Source: Intoshia linei
Taxonomy: Eukaryota; Animalia; Orthonectida
Assembly: GCA_001642005.1 (NCBI GenBank)
Contig: LWCA01000195.1
Coordinates: 1 to 41,327 of the forward strand
Length of the DNA: 41,327 bases
Reading direction: 5' to 3'
The translations under genes and the position numbers were made by a program. Of this stretch, positions 12,320 through 25,000 are shown in pieces. The notes beneath the pieces were generated by a model. It ran no database searches and was not told the origin of the DNA. It saw nothing but the letters and a program-made list of their open reading frames with translations. The number at the start of each line of letters is the position of its first letter. The stretch's first letter is position 1.

Positions 12320-13341
12320 GTATAGAATAAATTTTTAAGGAGTATTACTAATATGTATTATTTATGTAATTGATTTAAGATTACATTACATAATAGAATT
12401 ATTTAATTTAAGATTAAAATTATACTAAAATTGAGTATTGCCAATTTTACATTTATTTTCAAAATATCTGATGATAAAATGCGCAAAGTATCTGTATTTA
12501 ATAGGGATTATAAAAAAACCGATACACAAATTTATGATAAAGAACGGCTACAAAAAACTGACTTAAAATAGATGTATTATAAATTTCTACGTTTTAATTT
12601 TTTTAAATAAAATTATACGCCTAAAAACATTAATTTCATATAATTAAGGATAAATATATTTTTAATTGAATTATTGTACAATAAATTAAAAAACAATATT
12701 ATACCGTTATTTTAAATTAGTTTGGTTATAAATCTTTAATTAATGAAGTATATTTTAAACATTTTTTATCAAATAATTTTGAAAATGTCATTACGCATAG
12801 TCCAATAAATGGACTAAGTCCATACATATGTAATCCGTAATGTATGTAATCCTAACTTTTAAAATCAATCTTAAAGATTCTTAATTTAAGAATTAAGATA
12901 AGCACGAAAGATTTAAATTAATAATTTGTAAGATAACTTAATGTATCATAATGTTATCCTATATTAATGTCCAAGTTATTAATATATTTAATAAGTTAAT
13001 AAATTTAGTTTAGTACAATTCAGTAAACAATTGTTACTTGTTTACATTGGAGGCGTAATTGCTGAAATGGAAAGTAATAAGAATATGATTAATCTGAAAA
13101 TAATGTATTGATATTTATTGACACTGGTATTATCTCAAAGTGTCAAATAAAATTAATCTATTAGATTAATACATTTGATTTGGTAATTAGCAAATCAAAT
13201 ATGATATTGTTTTGATAAATCATTTAACAATACTGATAGTGAAAAATATAAATCCGATAAACATATTATATATGTAAATATAATCATTTATCATTTAACA
13301 TTAAATTATATAAAAATTTTAAATTTTCATTATGTGTGAAT

Positions 13342-14529
13342 ATGAAGGATTTTACAATTAATTCAATTTTATCAATTTCTAACGAAAATATTAAAATAAC
13401 CGCATCAAATATTCCTTGTAATCAGGAAAATGATTACTCCAATAACTCTAAATTTCCTCACCAATTAACATATAAACCTTATTTTTACCTAAACCAGGAA
13501 ACTTTTATCAAAAAGTATGTTTATTAATATAGTTGTACATTTAATATTAGAAATTATGGACAATATGGTATGTTTCTATATCTAGGTATGGTTATTTCCA
13601 TTTAACTTATCTTACGAGGATAATAATTATTTTTTTTACTCTTTATCATAAATATCATTTTATTATATAAATTTTATAATACACAACAAACTATATCAGT
13701 TTATATTAATCTTGAGTAAAATAATTGCTACATTGATTAAAACGATTAGTATATAAGCTATTGACACTCTTAATCTTTTAGATAGTTAGTACATTACTTG
13801 TTTTATGCATGAAAATTTTTTATCGTTAGTTAATATATCTTTACTTCCTTAGAAAATCTCATACATACAAATACTCCAGAAAAAATTTCACCAAATGATA
13901 AAAACAATAAGCTACTTTTGCAAGGAAAATATCATGAAGATATGTACATAAATATCCAAAGAAGACCACGAACAGCATTTACAAGCCAACAACTCATTGA
14001 ATTGGAAAAACACTTTATAGAAAGCAATTACCTTTCTAGACCTCGACGGTACGCTGTTGCAACGAATCTTCGATTAACGGAAACACAAGTAAATTAAACT
14101 TGGAAAAATTATTTTTTGATAAAAAAATAATAAATATACATGTCATTCGATTTGATATGTAAAATTCTTAATAACAAATCGAAATAAAATACAAATAACT
14201 GTAGATAAAATAATGAACTAAATCAAAAACTTGTAAAAAGTAAGTCATTAACTTAGTACAGTGTAGTCGAAAAATTAACTCAATTTGTTTATTCAGAGAT
14301 TTTTAATAGATATAGGATCCAGTGTTAATTATAGAGGATACAGTTGATTCCCTCGACCCTGTTGGAGGTCACACTAATTAAAAACATTTAAAAATTTGAC
14401 ACATCCACCATTTAGGCTAAATCTCAATTTTAGGTAAAAATATGGTTCCAAAATAGAAGAATGAAGAGCAAAAGATGTGATAAATCAATAAACAAGATAA
14501 AATGGAAAATTAATAAAACAAATAATTAA
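13342..14529 (+). CDS. MNX1: Mnx/HB9 (motor neuron and pancreas homeobox) transcription factor, 4 exons
   Basis: Exons 13342-13514, 13551-13567 (or 13551-13585), 13853-14088, 14434-14529. N-terminal eh1-like FTINSIL. Homeodomain [44 protein letters not shown]|[14 protein letters not shown] carries the Mnx-type TAFTSQQL and YLSRP motifs. Confidence 0.88.
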
Positions 14530-14547
14530 AAATAATGTAAATAAAAT

Positions 14548-15507
14548 TTATAGTTCATGTTTCTCTTCATTTTCATCGATTTCTGTTTCGTTTTTATCAG
14601 TTTCTGGTGTGTCGTTCACTGTTTCATTTTCCGAATCAGCATCTTCTTTTTGAAGGGCTTCAGCCGCACGAGATTTATAAAAATTTGAAATTATTATGTA
14701 ATTTGTAGAATCTTTAGCAGAACAAAACTCTAAAATGCAAGATAAAAAAAAATATAAATTGCTCACAGTACAGTAATGTACCGTAAAAATAAGATAAAAA
14801 AATGCTTACCAATTTTATCCACACAAAATTCTTCAAATTTAGTTTTAAAATCAGATTCTTTTTTAAACAAATCAACTAAATCATCTTCGTAATCTTCAAT
14901 AATATTGGAACACTAAATAAAATGAAAATTACATAAATAAAATGAACAAGATTACAGCAAAATTAAGTTTGTTGGTGGTTGATTCTACTTCAGTTTCATT
15001 GGATTCAATATAAAATATAGTATCTAATGAGGGAATTTCGCGGTATTTTTTAGTTTCTTTGCAAGCGGTTTCAAGTAACGAATCGATATTGACAATCGAC
15101 GTGGCGTAAGGTGTCTAAATTCAAAAATAAACCAAATTAGAGTTACCCTTGAATACAATGACTAAAAAGGTAAAACATACTTGAACTGAATTTCCTATTC
15201 CGGAGGGTCCAACTCGGTAATTATAAGTATGTAGGGTTTTTGATTTGTCTATGTTGGATATTCCTGTATCCACCGATTTGATAAGAATATAGCATGCTGA
15301 ATTAATTCAAAATTAATAAATTATACCGAAAGAGGCTTTAAATTGTAAATACGCGCATCATCATAGAATATTCATTATACACTTAAAAATATTTACAATT
15401 TCACCTCTTGTTTATCGCTTCAAACCTCCGCATTTCAAAGATACTGTCTTGCAATATCCTGCAAACAACGCGATAATTAATGATAAATATATTACGGAAC
15501 AATTCAT
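14548..15507 (-). CDS. CNPY2: Canopy-family (CNPY2/Seele-like) saposin-like ER protein, 5 exons, 213 aa
   Basis: Exons 15426-15507, 15181-15296, 14956-15114, 14810-14912, 14548-14729 (642 nt). Signal peptide, LKCGAC, YRVGPSG, PYATS...LLETAC, LNFACSNIIEDYEDDL, FC..FC (six saposin cysteines), acidic tail ending KHEL*. Paralogue number is uncertain. Confidence 0.85.
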
Positions 15508-16058
15508 GATAATGAATCCCTTCGCGATTTAAATATTTATGAAATACAATGCACCTTTCCACCAAATTGTAGCTTATTTATGAATGTCATAACACCAAAC
15601 AGCCAATTACAAATTTACACGACATACATCAAAACTAGTAAATTTTATAGTAAACAATTTTCGACATTGGTAGTACGTGTTAAGTTTAATACTATTTGTA
15701 ATTTCGATTATTGATAGAAACAATATAGCTTAATATTTTGGTATAATATTTGCTGAAGAAAATAATGTCAATCTAGTGTATCGTAATCTTCCTTTAATGT
15801 TATACTTTTTGGAGTTTTCCTTTCAAATAAAACTACTAAAATTGACATTCACTTAAAATTAAAATAAACACAAAATAAAATATCCAAATAAACACTTTGT
15901 TACAGAGTTGCTACATATAAAGATAAATACTTCATTTAAAAATAATCATGTTGAAATTTGTGTATTCGATATGTACAGTACTCTGTAGTACAGAGTATTT
16001 ATAGTAGGGTGTTAAATTTATTTTAAATTTTGCGATTTTTCAAAACGTATCAGGTAGA

Positions 16059-16530
16059 TCAGTGTTTTTCTAACTATGGGTCGCCTAAAATTAATTAACT
16101 GGGTCAAGATAATTTGAAAAAAAATAATCGTCAAGCTCTAGTGTCGAAATTATTTCTAATGATTTTAAGGAAGTTTTAAAAAATGCAACAAAGAATGTAA
16201 ATTATATCAAAGGCAGTTAATTAAATACTAGATTATTTGAAGTATTATGCTTACAAGTTGGAGCTGATCATAGTCATGTTTTGTTTCACACTTAAATTAG
16301 GTTAAAATTTAAGCATTTTTTAAAAACAAAAACCATTATTTGGCTATATTTCTTAATGATAATATTTTGATTACTAAGTTGGTATATTATTAAATTGATA
16401 TAGTATTCTCAATGTATTAAATTTATAATTTCAATAAAAAGGTGGAAACATATTTGATCACATTAAATATATTCAAAGATTTCAGAAAAAATTGAAGTTG
16501 TGGCAGTTGAAAATAAACAATGATGAATAT
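16059..16530 (+). mobile_element. Decayed hAT Charlie/Buster transposon fragment
   Basis: CAGTGTTTTTCTAAC left end. Broken translation NYIKGS*LNTRLFEVLC..GADHSH and GGNIFDHIKYIQRFQKKLKLWQLKI resembles Buster/ZBED5-type transposases. Confidence 0.65.
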
Positions 16531-16959
16531 GAATGTTAAATTTTTTTCTTAAATATTGCCATTATTAGATAGTTCTGTTGTAGAAAAAGTAGCGTTGTCC
16601 GTAAATATCTGATTCAGGGTTTCATAACTTTTTTTAAATTTAGTACCCCGTTAGTCATACCCACTATTTCTAATACACCTGTAAAAAATATAAAAGTGGT
16701 CTACTAGATGCAAAAGGTTTCCGATACCTAATTTAAGTCTTAATAAAGATGTATAAAAAGTGTATTATTTGTTGTAGTACAAAATCAAATATTTTTTAAT
16801 ATTATTTTTTAAAAAGTTTCTTTGTTAGTTTTATTTATATTTATATTTATATAATTATTTTTAATTGTATCATCAAGAGTATGAATAACCACAGTAATTG
16901 TCCGTTCATATTACTTCTAATATTTTTAAAATCATATAATATTAAATTCTGAGGTGTTT

Positions 16960-17500
16960 CTAGTGTTCCCATCATAGTATTAATGTACTTATATTCATTT
17001 AAATCAGTTTTGTCCATAATGATAAAGATTAATTTATTAATACAATAATATTTTATTCTCTCCATTTCTTTCAAATACAAAGCATCAATTTTATTTCTGC
17101 AATTGGTTTCAAGTTAACGAACATGTTAATGTGTTCATATGTGCATAGTGTTCGATGCTATTTTTAATGCAAGTTTATACCAATTTACATCTTCTCTATT
17201 GTTGGTAAAAGAATAATCTTAGATGTCAAATTTTTTCGTTCGATTTGATCGAAATGCATCACTTTTTTTCAGATTTCACTTAAATGTCATATTCCACGAT
17301 AGTTTTAATAATTTCCTTGTAATGCTACTCAAAGTAATGTATATATTGAATTTTTTTATTATACAAATTATAGTTTTTGAGTTATGATATAGTCAATACG
17401 ATTTACAATGCTGTATATCTTGAAATTTCAATTTTTGTTAAATATCTTCCAATAATATATTTATCAACGGATACTTGCGTACCGGTTTCTAGAGAAGTAT
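16960..17500 (-). pseudogene. Possible heavily decayed hAT-like transposase remnant
   Basis: Fragments HYFE*HYKEIIKTIVEYD, ISIKS and MDKTDLNEYKY loosely recall invertebrate hAT-like transposases. Many stops. Confidence 0.3.
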
Positions 17501-19003
17501 TGCGTGCTTATTACTAAATTCCCAGAACGATCTTTCTGATTATAAGAGCTATTATCGACATGTGATACATTACACCAGCGTTTTCCAAATGCTACTCCGC
17601 GAAGTAGTACAGTTCCGTGAAAAATATTACCGCGTTCGCGAAATAATTGTGAAAAAACACGAATCTAGATATAAATTTACAAATTTAATTAGAAAAAATT
17701 TTATTTATTTTAAATTGTTGAAAAAGTGTTTCAAAACACACATAATATTGATAGATTTGTCTTTTAAACGCATTCTACGTTATGTAACGAAATTAGAAGC
17801 GGTAGAAAAATTTCTTTCATTTTGTGCTGACGTAGGTTGAACGGTCATAATAGCTTCTTTTAATTTTAACAATCTTGATGATAGCGTTCCAGTTTGTAAC
17901 AACACAACGTATTGGAAAAAGAGGATAATTTCCTTAAGCGTTAGTAATTTGTGATTGGAATAAAAGATTTTTAAAAAAAGTATTGGAAAAAGGATATTTT
18001 TCCATAAGTTTTTGGATAAGTTTCCATACAGCTGGAAAATTAGATTTTTTATTTGTGGTTTGATGAAGGGGATTTTTTTGATAAGATTTCGTAAAATCGG
18101 ATTTTTGAAAATAATATTGGTGGTAAGACAATTTTTCCATGAGAACTTGAAATGGTATTTTTGATTAAATTTTATTAATGGTGGGATTTTTGAAATGGTA
18201 AATTTTAAATTTCATAGTAATAACAAACATAAATCAAATACAGATATGTCTCAATTTTTTTCGGAAATCCCGGGAAATTATTAAATATCCCGGGGATTTT
18301 GTCCAGGTTTTTTTCCCCGGCACAATCACTAATTGTAATGAGTTGTGTTCAGCTGCATCATGTAAAATTGACTATTTTATAATACCAAAATTTTTTTTAA
18401 ATTAATAATTTAAAATTATACATTTTTAGTTATATTAGAGCCATTCTCTAACAAATCAAATATAAATATTTTAATTTCAAATTTTTGTTGTATTATGATT
18501 ATCTTAAGATCTCTTCTAAAATTTTCAAAACGTTAGAAAAAGTTTCTATATTTATTTATCTTATAACATTGTTAAAACTCCAAAACAAGTTCAGTTCAGT
18601 TCACACGGACTTCACAAAATGTGAGGTAAAATAAAATTTATTCCATTGTCTATTTTTTTGATTTGATTGTGGCAATTAAATAATTTCAAAATTCTAATTT
18701 ATTATTGAAATCGATGAATGTAAATTATTTTTTTAAATGGATGAAAAGGATAAAGCCTGAAGCTACGTAAGAATAATATCCATCCAAACTATGAAAGATT
18801 CTGTCAAATTATTAGAAATAAATAGCATAACGGAAATCCACCCATTATTCGACAACAATGAAAAATGGTAAAATTTTGACAGGAGTAAATATGATTTATG
18901 AATTTACTTGGCCAGACAATTGAATGAATTGAAATATATAAATATAAAACTTAAATGTCTACATGTTTGTAAGTGTTATTATTGTAAAATAACCAATTTT
19001 TAA

Positions 19004-22000
19004 ATGCATGTAATATGGTTTTTGCTCGGGTTTATCCGTGCTGCAACATTCATAGAGTATGAAAAAACATACCGGGAAATATACACCGAAGATAGAAAAA
19101 AAGAAATTTCCTATCTAGAATATTCAAACGAAAATAAAACTGTTCGAGAATATAATTATGATTTAAAAAATATCAAAAATATTTTTTCTACGCCGACATT
19201 TAACATGGCTAGGGGTAAAAAAATTGTGGCCACATCAACATGTGGAGATGAAGGTGAAAGTGAATTGTACTGTAAATTAACTGGAGCAAAGCATAGTTTT
19301 AATGAAAAAGATTTTTCTCTTATTCGGGGTCAGTACTGCGATTACTGCAATTTAAATGTGGCAAATCAAAGACATGTTATAGAATATGCTATCGACGGAA
19401 CCGAACGCCATTGGCAAAGTCCACCTCTTTCTAGAAGTATAAAATACAATGCTGTAAATATAACTATCGATCTGGAACAAGTATGAACCTTTTGATATTT
19501 TTTTACTCACTATTATTTTGTTTAGGAGTTTCATGTAGCTTACATTTTTGTAAAAATGGCAAATTCACCTAGACCAGGTGTGTTTGTGTTGGAGAAAACT
19601 GTCAATTTCGGTAAAACATGGGAAACTTGGCAATATTTCGCTAGTTCACGAAAAGAATGTGATGTTTTTTTTGGTCAAGAAAATTATTCGGATACAATAG
19701 TAGCAGATAATTCAGTTATTTGCACTACTCGATTTTCCAATGTAGTACCTTTAGAAGGTGGAGAGGTATTACAATTTCAACTTTAATAATAAATATATTT
19801 ATTTATTTATTAATTCCATTAACACTATAAGATTGTCATTTCAATGATCAATCAAAGACCAAGCGCTAAAAAGAAAAAATTTTCAAGAGAATTGAAAGAT
19901 TGGACTAGATGTACAGGTATCCGATTTCGTTTATTGCAAACTCGAACCTTACATTCACATTTAATTTCGGTTCAAAGAAAAGATCCAACCGTTACTAGAA
20001 GAGTAAATTCATTTCCACTATATTTAACTTTTCTTAGTATTTTTATAGTATTAAAGATATTTCAATTGGAGGCAGTTGTGCTTGCAATACATATGCCAGT
20101 GTTTGTGACAAAAATGATCCTTTGTATCCAAACCGTTTAAGTTGTCATTGTCAGTTCAATACTTGCGGTGAAACTTGTAATCAATGTTGTCGTGGATATC
20201 AACAATATCCCTGGATTCCACCACATGATTTAGAAACTGATCAAATTCCTTGTCAAGGTATTTATAATTTCCATATTCAAAATGAGGGTTAAGGGTGGAG
20301 GGTATCATATAAACTTAATTATTATGAAAATTTTTATTTTTTCACAAAATTTGCATGTCTGATATTATAGTTATTATAGTTATACTTATTTTAGATTTAT
20401 TTTAAATAAAAAATGTTTATTTTTGAGTTATATTTAACTACAAATTAAAAATTTACCATTATTATTTGGAAGGGAAAAATAATAATTTTATAAGAAAGGG
20501 TCGGTTTTAATTATTTATTGTATAGTATACAATAAGTAAAAGTTTGTAATTATGATGATTTAAATTAAAATTATTTAGCATGTCAATGTTACAATCATTC
20601 AAAGTTATGTATTTATAATGCAACAATAGCTGAAGATAAAAAAAGTATAAACATCTATGGAATATATTCTGGTGGAGGTTTTTGCCAAAATTGTCAACAT
20701 CATACAACTGGAATAAACTGTGAAAAGTGTACAGATACATTTTTTCGTCTAGATAGTAACAGTCTGTTCAAAGAAGATGGTTGCAAACGTAATTTATAAA
20801 CATTTTATTATATTCAAAATGTATCAGTATATCTGATTTTATTACCCAATATCGATGTTGTGGAATTGGTGGTTTTGACTACCTTTGAGTTCTTTAAAAT
20901 TAAATTCTTTTTTAAAAATAATGTTTATAAATCAAATTAGTGGTTATTAAACGTAATATTTCATTTAGTTTTACAAGCCTTATGAACAAATCCACTTAAT
21001 CAGACCCCAAAATAAAAAATCCAATTTTATCAATCCTTAAGGGAAAAATCGATTCTTTCCAATATTTTCTTAAAACCTTTCTATTATGTGAATATTCAAA
21101 AAATAATGTAGGAAATCTTTGATTTTCTCTTATTAATTTTCAAAAAAGGGGCCCTAAAATTTTTTTATCGCTTCGCTCGATATTTTTTCTCTCTTTTTCT
21201 CTATAATACTTTTTTGCTTTCGAAAACTTTAAAGGGCCTACGGCCCTTTGCTTAGCCCAGGGCCACGAAGTGGCTTAAGACGGCTCTGGTCTTATAGCGA
21301 TATAATCATCAATTTTACTAATTTATGATATTATTGATTTTTTCATGAAATTTTTGTTGGATTCTTAAGAAAAAATTTAATAAGATTTTGAAGATAATTT
21401 TTGGACTAAAATTTGGTAGTGCTTAAAAAAAGATCCGATAAAATGTTAAAAATATTTTCTTAAAAACCTATAAATTTTAATTTATAATATTTAATAATAA
21501 TAATAATTATAATTTATAAATTTGAACTGACATAATAGGAACGTACATATTTAATATGCAACCTTAAAATGGCAGAGACTATCAAATAGACCTAAATATA
21601 ATAGAGAATATAGTAAAGATATAGTGATTTATACTAAAATTACAATAAAAACGACATTACTTATGAAACGTCCTAATACATAAGGAACTAAGTATCTTAT
21701 TGCAAATTAGTTTTTATTTTTTATTTTTTTGGGAATTAAGAAAATATTTATAATTTATGATTCATAGTATCAGACGAAATGGTACTCCAGTGGGGTCCAG
21801 TACCCCATTTTGGAACCGCTGAACTAATTTGTCATTATTATTAAAATTGTTAATTATTTTTTACATTTAGCTTGTAATTGTGATAGTACATTTACGTCAG
21901 GATTATGCCAAGATATTTCTGGGGAATGCATTTGCAAAAAACAATATGCTGGAGAAAAATGTAATAAGTAAGATTTTATATTTTATTTATGAAATTTTAT

Positions 22001-25000
22001 TTTAAAATTATTACAAAAAAATACGATCAAAATGGTTAAATATCTAAATTTGACCTACAGGTGTAACGAAGGATTTTACAATTATCCGGAATGTTTAAAA
22101 TGTGATTGCTCAATTGATGGAACACAATCTCAACTTTGTGAAGTCGGAGGAGGTCAATGTCCATGTAAGCCCTTATACCGGGGATTGAACTGCAATAAAT
22201 GCAAACTGGGACGTTTTAAATTTCCAGAATGTATAGAATGTAAATGTAACAAGGCAGGCTCAATAAACGCAAATTGTGACAATGAAATTGGGCAATGCGA
22301 GTGTAAACAAGGTTTCAATGGTTTGAATTGTGATATTTGTGAAGATGGTTATTTTTCGTTTCCTTCTTGTAAAAAGTGTAATTGTCCGTATAAAACAGTT
22401 GAAAATGAAATTTGTGACAAATCGAATGGTAACTGTATTTGCAACAAAGATACACAAGGATTGGAATGCAATAACTGTAAAACCAATAAATTTAAATTCC
22501 CCGAATGTCTTGAATGTAATTGCATCGAAAAGGGTGCATCTAGTCTGCAATGCGGCAATGAAACTGGAATTTGCGACTGTCTTGCTCAATATACTGGAAA
22601 AAATTGTGAAAAATGTATAGAAAATTTTTACAACTTTCCAAATTGTGTACGATGTGATTGCCACTATAAAGGATCGACAAAAACTCAATGCGATTTAAAA
22701 ACCGGTAAATGTGAATGTTGGGAAAATTATACTGGTAATAAATGTAATTCTTGTAAATTGGGATATTTCAATTATCCTTATTGTGAAAAATGCAGCTGTA
22801 ATGTCCTTGGAACAGAAACAAATTCAATTAGCGAAATTGATGAAAGTAATTGTACTGAAAACGACAATTTAGAATGTAAATGTAAACTAAATGTTCACGG
22901 AAATAAATGTGATAAATGTAAAATTGGTTTTTTTGATTTATCTCAATATAATACGGACGGTTGCACAAGTAATTTTTAATTTATTAAAATAATTATTTTA
23001 TTATAATGTAAGTATAAATTTCTAACTTTTCAAATTTTACAAATTTTTATTTACGTTTATATTACATAAAAAAACATTTTTCAATTTTTTGATGACGATC
23101 GAACTTATTTTCTTCAGAAAGTGAAAAGGGGTGTAATAAATAAATTATTTAAAAATTATAGATATTTATAATGCGTAGTTACCAAAATAACTCGGCGCAA
23201 ATATTATTATACAAAACTTTAAATCTATTTTATATATTCAAATATATTCATTTTATATATACAATATGAATATTAACATAAAATAGTATTTTCGAACATA
23301 TAATCTTACTTCAAAAAAATGTGGCGGAAATTACCCCCAAAAAAACTTTTTTTACGAAGATCTGGCAATGTCCTATTTTATTTTGAGAACCATAAACTTA
23401 CATATGACACAAAAAAATATTGAAGTTATTTTTATAACGTACTTTTTTTTAATTAATGGTTTAATAATTGAACAAATTTGTGTAACATGGATAGAATTGC
23501 AATTAATTTAATAATAAAATATAATTCCGTGTATAAAGTGATAATACCTTGCATAAATCGTTAATAGGATGTTATACGCTAATAATTAAATTAGTTCTGA
23601 GTATTTATAAATTAATTTACATTTCTGATTAATGATCAAATTTGAAAAAACTTTTTTATTATATATTTTGGATAGTAACAATAAATTTATTAATTATAAA
23701 TTATAATATAATATAAACTGAAATATCTCAATAACTCGATAAAATTTAAAAAAATTTTCTACATTTTTTAACTACAAAATATATAAAAACGTGATATTTT
23801 TTAGTGAGATGGTTTTTTGAGTGTTCAGTGTTATAGATTTAAAACATTATAATATAAAAAAATTATACATTTTACATTGAATTTAGATTGCGAATGTTAT
23901 ACAAATGGAACTGTGAATAGAATAAAAAAATGCAATGATATTGGACAATGCTTTTGTAAATTATTTGTGACTGGTAAAAAATGTGAAAAATGTGTTCCAG
24001 GGACATATTTGTCAAAATTGGAAAATTATTTTGGTTGTAAAGGTATTTTAAATTTTTATGTGAAATTTATTAAATTTTTTGTTAATATTAAGAATGCAAT
24101 TGTCAAATTGGTGGATCCATGTTTAATTACTGTGATCAAATGACTGGTGCCTGTTTCTGTAAAAATAATGTAATTGGCCGGACGTGTAATGAGTAATTTA
24201 AAATCTTATTTATTTTATCTTATCTTAATTTTCTACTATTGTTTTAGTGATGGATTTAATATAAATTTATAGACCTGCAGATTATCACTTTTATCCATTG
24301 TTACACCAACTTAAATATGAAATGGAAATTTGTACAACACAAAGTGGCGGTAGAGTTCGATATGATTACGACAAACGTATTTTTCCTGATTATTCGTGGT
24401 TGGGTTATGCAATATTCTCAAATATACAGGTTTCATTCATATTAATCTATAATATAGAGCAGGGATTCTCAAAATGGACGATATCACCCCAGGGGGGGGG
24501 GGGGGGGNNNTGGACGATATCACCCCAGGGGGGGGGGCGATTAATTTAGATAGGGTGCGATTTAAAAAATATCATGTATTATATAATATAGAGTGGAAAT
24601 GTGTAGATGTTCAATTTACATTTTTTTTGAAATTGTGGGATTAATAATTACATTTTCAATTTTTATTTTAATCGAAATATATAAAAAATAATGGTTCAAA
24701 ATATACTCAAAATTATTTTTCACCGGGAATGCGTAGATTTATAGGGTTGAAATTTATCTTACTAACACCTGGAATAAACTTTAATTGAAATTTGGACTTT
24801 AAATTTAAAGATAATAATTTTAAGACTGGTAGTTATATTAGACTGTTATTGAAATATACAATAACAAACACACAGACAAACAAAGCATATTATATGAGAA
24901 GATTAACTTTACTCAATAATTATTGAGTAAATTTTTAAATAAATATTATACGACTTAGTCGAATTTTTTTTAAAGGGGCGTTAAAAAAAATATATTTCTA

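Noticed and set aside
1579-15507. KDEL receptor and a KHEL-tailed ER client in one window as a functional cluster
   Set aside because: Separated by two unrelated genes; no evidence beyond coincidence.
15979-15997. Hairpin TACTCTGTA-G-TACAGAGTA (similar short palindromes near 788 and 12809)
   Set aside because: Short palindromes are expected in AT-rich DNA, and no associated element was identified.
17562-18140. ORFs 17562-17840 (+) and 17934-18140 (-)
   Set aside because: No recognisable motifs; the second overlies a degenerate tandem repeat.
22260-22688. Overlapping ORFs (142 aa -, 96 aa +, 69 aa -)
   Set aside because: Shadow frames of the Cys-rich laminin LE exon.
24471-24540. Duplicated TGGACGATATCACCCCAG plus poly-G (apparent tandem repeat or G-quadruplex)
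   Set aside because: The two copies flank an nn gap; most likely an assembly overlap artefact at a homopolymer.
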